From Patescibacteria group bacterium (lineage in GTDB: Bacteria > Patescibacteriota > Microgenomatia > UBA12405): 64,000 nt of DNA. Under the pieces are notes generated by a model. It saw nothing but the letters and a program-made list of their open reading frames with translations. It did no database searches and was not told the origin of the DNA. The translations under genes and the position numbers were made by a program. The stretch spans positions 188,735 through 252,734 of the forward strand of contig JAMCSD010000006.1 of assembly GCA_023380755.1 (NCBI GenBank), written 5' to 3'. How positions within the stretch are numbered: the stretch's first letter is position 1; each line of letters begins with the position of its first letter. This document shows positions 9,693 through 17,317 of this stretch, in pieces.

Positions 9693-10913
9693 ATGAAAAT
9701 TGCCCTAAAATGTTTTATCCTTATTTTCGCTGGATTTATTGCTTATAATCTTCTAAAATTGCCTTTCAATGTTTCTGCCGACATCTCCAGCTATACTGCC
9801 AGTGAGTTCTCGCGATATTGTGAAGACAAAGTCAATCATTCTATTTGTAATAAAGTTGAAAGTCCTAGTGATCAGATAATTGTCACCTGTCCTGCCGAAA
9901 GTCAATCAATTTCCGAGGTTTATGTTCATGCCGGTGACGGTCAGACCCTTTATCAGCTGCCCGATAGTCAGTTTGAAGCTGCCTATAGTAATACCCACAA
10001 CGCTGTTACCGTTAAGGTCACTGAAGGTCAACATAATTTGAGTTATGTTGGGGTTATTTGCGGCGTTCCGGTGACTAACACCCCGACTGTCGGTCAGCTG
10101 CCGACTAATACCCCAATTGCCACTAGCACCCCCGAGGCGACCAACACTCCCCAACCAACCAGCACACCCAGAGCAGACAATACTCCCACACCAACCGTCG
10201 AAATTAGTTCTCCAACCCCCACCGAAGTCAATAGCCAGCCGACTGCCACCCCGACTCCCACTAACGCCCCATCTAATAACGATGGCAACAATAGTAACAA
10301 TAACAACAACAATAATAATTCTTCTGACAACAACAGTTCCAACAATCCTCCCGCTCCCACCGCTACTCCAGTTCCCGCCGCCGGGATCGGTGGTGGTAAT
10401 GCCGCCAACGACAACAATAACCCCATCATTGCTGGCCTCGAAGCTTCCCAGGGAGAAGTCTTGGGAGAGAGTACCCAGCTTCCCTACACTGGTACCAGTG
10501 ACGCCAGCCCGGAAAAACTGCCTTCTAATAACCTTCGCCAAATCGGTCTTTCCTTAGCTATTCCCAAACTCTCTTTTCTCGCCCCGATTTATCAGGCCGT
10601 CGAGCTTGGTGATCAGTACCTTGTTGGGGATAAGGAAGTTCTCGAGAAAGAGGTTAATGGCGCCTATTTCCTTTATGGCCACAACAGCCCCGATGTCTTT
10701 GGGCGGCTTAATCATTTAACGGTTGGCGATACCTTAGTCCGGAGTGCCTTTGGCCAAGAAGTCACCTATCGGGTGACGGGCATTCGCTGGGTTTCCCAAT
10801 ATAATCAAGAAGTTTTAAGTCACTTAGTTCCCGGCTCCCTGGTTCTTGTCAGTTGTGACCCCAATAATTTGTCCTTAAGGATTGTTATTAATGCTGTCCC
10901 TACCAATGAATAG
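9693..10913 (+). CDS. Surface protein fused to a C-terminal sortase domain (signal/TM, Cys-containing domain, PT-rich linker, poly-Asn, LPYTG, sortase)
   Basis: Sortase signature in order: LAIPKL, LYGHN (His), LTVGDTL, LVLVSCDP (Cys), LRIV (Arg). An internal LPYTG lies at 10479-10493. Confidence 0.75.
   Translation: MKIALKCFILIFAGFIAYNLLKLPFNVSADISSYTASEFSRYCEDKVNHSICNKVESPSDQIIVTCPAESQSISEVYVHAGDGQTLYQLPDSQFEAAYSNTHNAVTVKVTEGQHNLSYVGVICGVPVTNTPTVGQLPTNTPIATSTPEATNTPQPTSTPRADNTPTPTVEISSPTPTEVNSQPTATPTPTNAPSNNDGNNSNNNNNNNNSSDNNSSNNPPAPTATPVPAAGIGGGNAANDNNNPIIAGLEASQGEVLGESTQLPYTGTSDASPEKLPSNNLRQIGLSLAIPKLSFLAPIYQAVELGDQYLVGDKEVLEKEVNGAYFLYGHNSPDVFGRLNHLTVGDTLVRSAFGQEVTYRVTGIRWVSQYNQEVLSHLVPGSLVLVSCDPNNLSLRIVINAVPTNE
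10078..10347 (+). repeat. Low-complexity Pro/Thr-rich linker followed by an AAC/AAT (poly-Asn) tract
   Basis: Reiterated TNTP/TPTP codons at 10078-10270. The NNDGNNSNNNNNNNSSDNNSSNN tract is encoded at about 10272-10347. Confidence 0.85.
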
Positions 10914-11439
10914 GTTCTTGAAATTAGCTATTATTTTAATTATTTTAGGAATTGCCGGGTTCGGCTGGTACCGTTTTAACCGCGAATCTTTGCAAAAGCT
11001 TTCGTCCACCTCAGCCCCCACTCCTACCACCATCTTAGCTCCGGCTTTTCCTTTAGGCTGGACCGAGGCTCCCGTCCAAAATGATCAGGTCGCCAAGCTC
11101 ATCAAAGAAACCAAGACTGGATTTCAGCCCACTATTGTGGCCATCAAAAACGATTACTCCGGAACCGATCCGCAAAAATATACCGATAAGCTCCTAAAAG
11201 GAGCCCGGTCTGCTTTTCCCACTCTTCGGGTTACCAGCGATTCGGTTGATAATACGGGCCCGATTTTTACCCGGACTTTTACTGGTTATTACTTTCTTAA
11301 AGGCAGCAAGATTTACTTTAAGCAGACCTTACTGATAAAAGATAACCGCTTAGTTACCATTACGGCGTCTTCTTCGGCCGATGATTTTGAGGCTGCCTTT
11401 GCTATCCTGGTTGACCGCCAACTTCTAGCTCTAGAATAA
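10906..11439 (+). CDS. Membrane-anchored hypothetical protein
   Basis: ATG at 10906 overlaps the upstream stop (ATGAATAG). There is an N-terminal TM segment LKLAIILIILGIAGFGWY. I preferred this start to the track start at 10882. Confidence 0.6.
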   Translation: MNRFLKLAIILIILGIAGFGWYRFNRESLQKLSSTSAPTPTTILAPAFPLGWTEAPVQNDQVAKLIKETKTGFQPTIVAIKNDYSGTDPQKYTDKLLKGARSAFPTLRVTSDSVDNTGPIFTRTFTGYYFLKGSKIYFKQTLLIKDNRLVTITASSSADDFEAAFAILVDRQLLALE

Positions 11440-11567
11440 CCATTAAAAACTTCGGGAACATCGTCCATATCTGAAATCCCTAAAAACGTGGGGCAAATAC
11501 CATTTTGACCCATATTGTAATTTATTTCAATGAGTATCTTTTTTTGTCAGAAGCGGTAAATTTGGTC

Positions 11568-11849
11568 ATGTCACTACATGAAGGCGTCACCATCATCACT
11601 CAAGATTATGTTTCCAAAAAAGGGTTCAATAACAACAAGCGGCTTGAAGAAGACCCGCTAGTACCAACCCCGACTGATTTAGCTACTAAAGAAGGGCTGG
11701 ATCGGGGATCAGGTTCCACCAAAGGGATTCCGATGCATGGTGGTGAACTAATTGTCCCTAACTCTCGTTACCGGGAAATTGAAGCTATTCTTCGCGCTCG
11801 CCCGGTATACGCTTTGACCTATGAGTCCCGCCTCCGGGATAGTGATTAG
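11568..11849 (+). CDS. Hypothetical small protein (uncertain)
   Basis: In-frame ATG at 11568, preceded by TAAATT 5 nt upstream, which fits the leaderless pattern seen elsewhere in the window. No recognisable motif. Its 3' end overlaps the minus-strand ORF 11748-11993. Confidence 0.3.
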   Translation: MSLHEGVTIITQDYVSKKGFNNNKRLEEDPLVPTPTDLATKEGLDRGSGSTKGIPMHGGELIVPNSRYREIEAILRARPVYALTYESRLRDSD

Positions 11850-11993
11850 AACCGTAAAAATCCCAGAGTTATGAGGCCTGTAGCGATTAAATATATCCCC
11901 ACCAAGACGCTTAATAGTTTCGGATTTACTAGGATAAGAAATCCAAAAATAATCGACAGAATGGGGTTGATATTTCGTAAAATCATAATTCAT
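11748..11993 (-). CDS. Hypothetical small protein (uncertain)
   Basis: 81-aa ORF with an AGAGG Shine-Dalgarno-like sequence 8 nt upstream of its ATG. No recognisable motif. It conflicts with the 3' end of 11568-11849. Confidence 0.25.
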   Translation of the reverse strand: MNYDFTKYQPHSVDYFWISYPSKSETIKRLGGDIFNRYRPHNSGIFTVLITIPEAGLIGQSVYRASAKNSFNFPVTRVRDN

Positions 11994-12335
11994 TATAACA
12001 ACCTCTTGACACCTTGTTAACCGTGCGTTTTACTGAGGTGTCTTCACAATAAAAACCGCCTCTAACGCCGGGGGCAAATAAAAAATAAAATGGCTAAATT
12101 TGTACAAAAGCTCGATTTGTTGGTTTCCACTGCGGGCTTTTTTTAGTTTCCTAAACGGGCGGTAACACCGCGTTATCTTTCCGTTTTGCCCTTTAACAAG
12201 TTGAAGGTTAAACTACTTGGTTTAGCAAGGTAGCGGAGTCGGGGCAGGCTACTCCGCTGCTTTGCTAACCAGGGATAGCATATTAGGCAGTTCGCCATCG
12301 TCTGTAGGAATTGTTGTTTTTACTGGAGGTTAGTC
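11994..12335 (+). promoter_or_regulatory. Long structured 5' leader of the ECF operon (candidate cis-regulatory RNA, class unknown)
   Basis: 342-nt non-coding gap. Possible promoter TTGACA (12006-12011), 17-nt spacer, TTTACT. Stems: GACACCT/AGGTGTC; AAACGG-GCGGT-aac-ACCGC-...-CCGTTT; and an uninterrupted 18-bp helix at 12222-12268. GGAGG Shine-Dalgarno sequence before the GTG at 12336. Confidence 0.4.
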
Positions 12336-13046
12336 GTGCTTAACTACTTGAATCAGTTGCTTGCTGGTATTAGTGCTGATCCGGTCGAGTTGGTCTTTTT
12401 AGTGCTGGCGCTAGTTATGGCCGGCGTGTTGCTCTATCAAAATCGTTCTCGGCTACGCCTGACTGATGGCAAAAACGAGGTTGATGGAGTTTACGGCTTA
12501 GTCGGTGGTGCCGTGTTGGGTGCTCTGACCGGTGTCCTCTGGGCTTATTTGAACCCGATTCAACTGGCCCCCGGGATTCACCTGCGTCTGTTTGCCATGC
12601 TGCCCTGCATCTTCGGGATAGTTTTTGGCCGCGGCACCGGTTTCGTCAGTGGTTATGTGGCTACCATTGTATGGGGTGTATTGTCGAACCTCTTCTTGCC
12701 GTTCCATACCCCCTTAGTCGATGGTGTTTTTGTTGGTTTGACAGGCTGGATCCCGGCTATGTTGCTGCGTGGAAATGATAACAATGAAACCCTCTTAAAC
12801 ACCATTCTCCAAAACCCTCGTCAGTGGTATATCCGGGCGGGTTTAGTCAGTCTCTTCGCTGGTTTGTTCATGTCGGTCTTTGTCGGTATCTCGCTTAATG
12901 CCACTATCCAACTGCCATTCTGGACGGGCTTTGGCTTGATTGGCATCGTCTCGGATACCCCCATGATGGTCCTTTTCACCGGAGTCGGAGCTCTCTGGCT
13001 GCTCAAGGCCACCCGTCGCCAGTGGAAAGTGATGCACGCCTTTTAA
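12336..13046 (+). CDS. Putative ECF-transporter substrate-capture (S) component
   Basis: 236-aa protein with about 6 TM helices, GTG start and a GGAGG Shine-Dalgarno sequence. It lies directly upstream of the EcfT-like and duplicated EcfA-like genes. The role is assigned from context and topology only. Confidence 0.6.
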   Translation: MLNYLNQLLAGISADPVELVFLVLALVMAGVLLYQNRSRLRLTDGKNEVDGVYGLVGGAVLGALTGVLWAYLNPIQLAPGIHLRLFAMLPCIFGIVFGRGTGFVSGYVATIVWGVLSNLFLPFHTPLVDGVFVGLTGWIPAMLLRGNDNNETLLNTILQNPRQWYIRAGLVSLFAGLFMSVFVGISLNATIQLPFWTGFGLIGIVSDTPMMVLFTGVGALWLLKATRRQWKVMHAF

Positions 13047-13054
13047 GGCCCATA

Positions 13055-13088
13055 AGTAAGATTGGATTACCTGGAATCCAATCTTACT
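13055..13088 (+). other. Perfect intercistronic stem-loop between the S and T genes
   Basis: GTAAGATTGGATT (13056-13068), loop ACCTGG, AATCCAATCTTAC (13075-13087), plus one flanking A-T pair. No U-tract follows. Confidence 0.8.
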
Positions 13089-13108
13089 CCTCGTTGTCTG
13101 GAGGTGAT

Positions 13109-13846
13109 ATGCCCTCTAAACCCTTTTTCGAACGTCTCGACCCTCGGGTTAGGATCATCTGGATGTTTCTTCTATCGGCTCTCACCTTGCATTTTATGGA
13201 GCCTTTACCGCTTCTTTTGGTCGTGCTCTCGATCATCCCCGTGTGGCTGCTGGCCCGCCGTTTCCTGATGCTAGTTTCCAAAGTCACCCCCAAGGCTATC
13301 GCTTTTATGCTTTTCTTGGCCGTGACCCAGTCGATCTCCCAGTTGATCATGACTCACACTGTTAATCCGAATGTCCTGGCCATTCAAATGGAGCGGGTAT
13401 ACGTGATGGTCACCGCCTCCGTTCTTCTTTTTCAGACCACAAACTATAGCCAAATCACAGCCGCCATTCGCAGTCTTAAGCCCCGAAATCCTGAAAGTAA
13501 ATTAGCACCTTTTATCGAATCAGCAGCTTTTACTGTTGGAATTGCCTTCCAAATGATTCCGACTATCTTGACGGAAATCGCTACCATGGCTCAGGTCCGC
13601 CGGGCTCGTGGTGAGGCGATCACTGAAGGTAAAGCTCTAGAACGGGCTAAAAAGTCACTCCGTCTCGGTATGCCGTTAGTCAACCGCATGATCGATGTCA
13701 TCAAAAATATCAACCTGGCTTTAACTAATTATGCTTACTCCAACCGTCGTCGTCGCACCCAATTTCGGATTATCCGCTTTTCCCTGATGGACTATGCTGC
13801 TTTGTTGGTGGTTTTTGCTGCGGCACTTGCCTTTTTATTTGTTTAA
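13109..13846 (+). CDS. ecfT: ECF transporter transmembrane (T) component, CbiQ/EcfT family
   Basis: ATG at 13109 preceded by GGAGGTGAT. The start MPSKPFFERLDPRVRIIW is typical of the family, and the conserved coupling region reads AQVRRARGE. I preferred this start to the track start at 13022. Confidence 0.85.
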   Translation: MPSKPFFERLDPRVRIIWMFLLSALTLHFMEPLPLLLVVLSIIPVWLLARRFLMLVSKVTPKAIAFMLFLAVTQSISQLIMTHTVNPNVLAIQMERVYVMVTASVLLFQTTNYSQITAAIRSLKPRNPESKLAPFIESAAFTVGIAFQMIPTILTEIATMAQVRRARGEAITEGKALERAKKSLRLGMPLVNRMIDVIKNINLALTNYAYSNRRRRTQFRIIRFSLMDYAALLVVFAAALAFLFV

Positions 13847-13857
13847 CCTTCACTTTC

Positions 13858-13891
13858 TCCTGGAGGGATTGCCCTCACACTCCCTCCAGGA
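13858..13891 (+). other. Intercistronic stem-loop between the T and ATPase genes
   Basis: CCTGGAGGGA (13859-13868) and TCCCTCCAGG (13881-13890), a 10-bp perfect stem plus one flanking pair, with a 12-nt loop and no U-tract. Confidence 0.75.
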
Positions 13892-13916
13892 AATTTCCTT
13901 AAAAATATAAACTATT

Positions 13917-15404
13917 ATGTCCACTCCAGAAGAAATATTTCGCCTAAATGCCTTATCTTATCAATACGATCAGACCAATTCTCCGGCTCTCAGAGACGTT
14001 AATTGTCATATTCAAGCTGGTGAAGCAGTCGGTATCATCGGCGAAAGCGGCGGTGGTAAAACTACCGCTCTCAATCTTCTCTCCGGGATAATTCCCCACA
14101 TGGTCCAAGATGGCAAGTATGAAGGCGAAGCCCTATTTCGGGGAGCCAGTATCCAACACTTGTCCATTTACGACCTTATGCGTCACGTCAAAATTGTTTT
14201 TCAGGACGCCTCTACCCAAAATTTTGGTTTAAATGTTGATGACGCCTTAGCCTTTGGTATGGAAAATATTGCTCTATCACCAAAAGAAATCGAGTATCGG
14301 ATTAAAAAAATTGCTGATGAACTCAATATTACTCATCTTCGGGCTAAAAACACCCAGCAATTATCCGGTGGCGAACGTCAAAGAGTTGCCATCGCTTCCG
14401 CCTTAGCCATGGACCCTGAAGTTTTATTACTCGACGAAGCAATTTCCGCTCTCGATACGGGCGGCCAAATGGACGTCAGGCAAATTGTGGAGCAACAGCG
14501 CGCCTCTGGCAAAACCATGGTTTTAGTTGATTCCGATGTCCGCTGGCTAGCAAAGACCGTTGATCGGGTCCTGGTCCTTCAGAGCGGTCAGCTGATTTAT
14601 GATGGCCCACCCCAGGTAATTTTTCAGCGAGCCGATTTAGCCGAAGCTGCCGGCCTCGAAAACCACTCTGGCGAAATCCAGTTCCGGGAACCATTTACCG
14701 GCTCTCCCGTTGTTCAGCTGTCCCATATTTCTTTTGCCTATTCCAAAGATACCCCCGTCCTTAAAGACATTTCTTTAAATATTACGGCCGGTTCTTGTGA
14801 AGCTTTAGTTGGTCAAAACGGCTCGGGTAAAACCACTCTGGCAAAAATTATTGCCGGCCTAATTAAGCCGTCGGCCGGTGAAGTTTTTATTAACGGCCAA
14901 GTTCCCTACAATTTGACCTCCCCTCGATTAGTCGAAAACGTCGGTTACGTTTTCCAAAATCCCTCCCAACAGTTTGTCGACGAAACCGTGAAAGAAGAGT
15001 TTTCCCATACCGCCTCGATTCTCAAACGCCCTCCGGCGGTCAGCCTTAAGGATTTTGATTTAGAAAATTATGCTGATAGTTCCCCTTGGGATTTATCTGC
15101 CGGTCAGCAGCAGCGCTTAGCGATCGCCAGCGTCGTTGCTACTAACCCCTCGGTGGTGATTTTTGACGAGCCCACTTTAGGGCAGACGCGGCGGGATCGT
15201 GAAAAATTAGTCGCTACTATCAAAAATCTCCAGCAGCAGGGGACCACTGTGGTGATTATTTCTCATGACCTTAAATTTATTGCCGATGCTGCCCAGCATG
15301 TTCATGTTATTGACCATGGCGAACTGCGGGCTAGTGGCGCTGCTCCGGAAATTCTTCAAGATAAATCCTTATTTAATCATTTAGGTTTACCGCTTCCGTG
15401 GTAA
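13917..15404 (+). CDS. ECF transporter ATPase, fused duplicated A-A' component
   Basis: Two complete ABC cassettes: GESGGGKTT / LSGGERQRVAIASA / LLLDEA, and GQNGSGKTT / LSAGQQQRLAIASV / VIFDEPT. Confidence 0.9.
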   Translation: MSTPEEIFRLNALSYQYDQTNSPALRDVNCHIQAGEAVGIIGESGGGKTTALNLLSGIIPHMVQDGKYEGEALFRGASIQHLSIYDLMRHVKIVFQDASTQNFGLNVDDALAFGMENIALSPKEIEYRIKKIADELNITHLRAKNTQQLSGGERQRVAIASALAMDPEVLLLDEAISALDTGGQMDVRQIVEQQRASGKTMVLVDSDVRWLAKTVDRVLVLQSGQLIYDGPPQVIFQRADLAEAAGLENHSGEIQFREPFTGSPVVQLSHISFAYSKDTPVLKDISLNITAGSCEALVGQNGSGKTTLAKIIAGLIKPSAGEVFINGQVPYNLTSPRLVENVGYVFQNPSQQFVDETVKEEFSHTASILKRPPAVSLKDFDLENYADSSPWDLSAGQQQRLAIASVVATNPSVVIFDEPTLGQTRRDREKLVATIKNLQQQGTTVVIISHDLKFIADAAQHVHVIDHGELRASGAAPEILQDKSLFNHLGLPLPW

Positions 15405-15416
15405 AAAAGGCAGCCA

Positions 15417-16124
15417 ATGTCATCTAAAATCTTAGACCGAAAATATACTACCGCCATTTATGACGGCTATTCTCCATCTACCGAAAACCACCCGAATTTT
15501 TACGCTGTCGAACTACGGACGGTTCGTGGTTCAGTCGCTACCCTGGAATTACCATTTCGGCCGTTGCCGGATCCCGAACAGGCTATTTCTTTGCTGATGA
15601 CCCTTCAATCCCCCCACTCTGTGATTCACCGCTTGTCCATGATGCTCACGGAGCAGGTAACTGATTGGCATCCCGATACCATTATTGGTATTCCGACCCT
15701 TGGTTTCCCCTTGGCCTGGGAGGTTTCCGACCGATTAGGCCTTCCTGATTTTGTCGCCTTAACCAACTCCCTGAAATATTGGCAGGACCAAAGTTTGGTG
15801 ACTATGGTGGAATCAGTCACCAGTGCCCCCAAGCCCATTTGTCTTGATCCTTATCTGGTGGATCGGGTGGCTGGCCGACGGGTGGTAGTCATTGATGACG
15901 TGGCCAATACTGGCATTAGTTTAAAAAAATCTATTGATCTAGTCTCTCGGGCGAAACCGGCTGATGTTAAAGTCGCCTTGGTTTTAACTGAGGGCCACAA
16001 ATGGCAAGGGGAGTTAGAGGAAATTAATTTTCCCTGGCGGACTGATCTAAGAGCTCTGGGGCATATTCCGACCTTCCAAAAAACGTCTCCGGGTTTTTGG
16101 AAGCCCAATCCTTCAACCATATAG
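15417..16124 (+). CDS. Type I phosphoribosyltransferase (APRT-like) with an N-terminal extension
   Basis: PRPP-binding loop VVVIDDVANTGISL. Core IIGIPTLGFPLAWEVS. Confidence 0.8.
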   Translation: MSSKILDRKYTTAIYDGYSPSTENHPNFYAVELRTVRGSVATLELPFRPLPDPEQAISLLMTLQSPHSVIHRLSMMLTEQVTDWHPDTIIGIPTLGFPLAWEVSDRLGLPDFVALTNSLKYWQDQSLVTMVESVTSAPKPICLDPYLVDRVAGRRVVVIDDVANTGISLKKSIDLVSRAKPADVKVALVLTEGHKWQGELEEINFPWRTDLRALGHIPTFQKTSPGFWKPNPSTI

Positions 16125-16137
16125 ATTAATGCCCTAA

Positions 16138-16680
16138 ATGGATTATTATTCGCTCAATTTTTTTGGCCTTAAACGTAATCTACCCATCATTTCTATTGCC
16201 CCCAAAATTAAAATTGCCAGTTTCTCACTTTTAGGTGACGTGGAAATGACTCAAAAATCAGCTGAGGAATTAGCCAAAAGACTGCAGCCGCTCAACTTTG
16301 ATTATTTGGTCGGTCCTGAGGTCAAAGTTGTTCCTCTTCTTTTTGCCTTGTCTCAAGAATTAACTAAAAAACAATTTATTGTTTGCCGCAAAAGTGTCAA
16401 AGGCTACATGATTGCCCCCTTAATTTATAAAACCAAGTTGAAAAACAAAACCTTTATGTTGGTTCTTGACGGCCCCGATGTGGCGCGGATTAAAAACAAG
16501 CGGGTCATCGTGGTTGACGATGTTGTTTCTTCCGGTATCACGGTCAAAAACCTCCAAAAGTTCCTCCTGGCTTCTGGCGTCAATATCGTCGCTGTCGCTT
16601 CCATTTTTAAACAGAGCCCGCAATATCAAGATGAATTAATCTATCTTCAAGAATTGCCAGTTTTCACCAGCTCGTACTAA
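16138..16680 (+). CDS. Type I phosphoribosyltransferase (adenine/purine PRT-like)
   Basis: PRPP-binding loop VIVVDDVVSSGITV. Core YLVGPEVKVVPLLFAL, CRKSVKGY. Confidence 0.8.
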   Translation: MDYYSLNFFGLKRNLPIISIAPKIKIASFSLLGDVEMTQKSAEELAKRLQPLNFDYLVGPEVKVVPLLFALSQELTKKQFIVCRKSVKGYMIAPLIYKTKLKNKTFMLVLDGPDVARIKNKRVIVVDDVVSSGITVKNLQKFLLASGVNIVAVASIFKQSPQYQDELIYLQELPVFTSSY

Positions 16681-16696
16681 AATACTATTATATTCT

Positions 16697-17302
16697 ATGC
16701 TGACGGAAGTCATTTTCGACATCGAAACCAAAAAACTATTTGACGAAATTATCGGGTTTAATCCTGCCGACCTTGGGGTATCCCTTGTTTCTCTTTATAA
16801 ACGTACCTTAAATGAAAACGGCCGGGAAATAAAAGGGGAGATGCTTAGCTTTTGGGATAGTGAATTACCCTCACTATGGGCTCATTTTAGCAACGTTGAT
16901 CGGATTATCGGTTACAATTCCATTCATTTTGACGTTCCCGCTCTGGCGCCTTTATGCCCTTACGACCTCAAGAAAATTCCTCACCTAGACATTATGGATA
17001 AGTTGAAGGAAAAAACCGGATTTCGGGTGGGGTTGAATGCCGTCGCTTCCGAAACCTTAGGGATTACCAAAACCGATAATGGGATCAACGCCGTACTTTA
17101 TTGGCTTGAGCATTCCACCAGCTCTCTTAAAAAACTTAAAGAGTATTGTGAACACGATGTCTTAGTGACCAAAGAAGTTTATGATTACGGCCGAACTCAT
17201 GGCCATTTAAAGTATAAAGATAAATGGAATACTCCCCGTACTATTACAGTCGACTTCTCCTATCCGATGGATCCTCTCAGCCAACAGATGGGCTTATTCT
17301 AA
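16697..17302 (+). CDS. DEDD-type 3'-5' exonuclease (PolB-exonuclease-like, RNase H fold)
   Basis: ExoI FDIET, ExoII NSIHFDVPAL, HLDIMD, ExoIII YCEHDVLVT. Confidence 0.8.
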   Translation: MLTEVIFDIETKKLFDEIIGFNPADLGVSLVSLYKRTLNENGREIKGEMLSFWDSELPSLWAHFSNVDRIIGYNSIHFDVPALAPLCPYDLKKIPHLDIMDKLKEKTGFRVGLNAVASETLGITKTDNGINAVLYWLEHSTSSLKKLKEYCEHDVLVTKEVYDYGRTHGHLKYKDKWNTPRTITVDFSYPMDPLSQQMGLF

Positions 17303-17317
17303 ATAAAACCAATCCGC

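Noticed and set aside
9906-10557. Long ORFs on both strands (9906-10541 minus, 10094-10429 minus, 10117-10557 plus) inside the sortase-fusion gene
   Set aside because: They lie entirely within the PT-rich and poly-Asn low-complexity segment. Their translations are repetitive (poly-Leu, poly-Val/Ile/Thr). They are frame shadows of the real gene.
12160-12180. T-box-like sequence GGGCGGTAACACCGCG in the ECF leader
   Set aside because: It resembles the T-box core GGGUGGUACCGCG but has three extra nucleotides. I found no specifier-loop stem I, and no terminator/antiterminator pair ending in a U-tract. The downstream genes are not aminoacyl-tRNA related.
11994-12335. Assignment of the leader to the TPP, purine, preQ1-I or cobalamin riboswitch classes
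   Set aside because: I looked for CUGAGA...ACCUGAUCUGGAUAAUGCCAGCG (TPP), the purine three-way junction boxes, the preQ1 hairpin with an A-rich tail, and the B12 box. Only short chance matches were present (CTGAGG, CCACTGCGGGC). The class is left open pending a covariance-model scan.
13022-13108. Upstream start for ecfT at 13022, and similarly 50740 for PAP2, 32026 for map and 10882 for the post-sortase gene
   Set aside because: In each case an internal ATG has better start-site context: a Shine-Dalgarno sequence (13109, 32056), a stop-start overlap (10906), or the point where recognisable homology begins and the overlap with a neighbouring gene ends (50836). The 13022 extension would also have to be translated through a perfect 13-bp hairpin.
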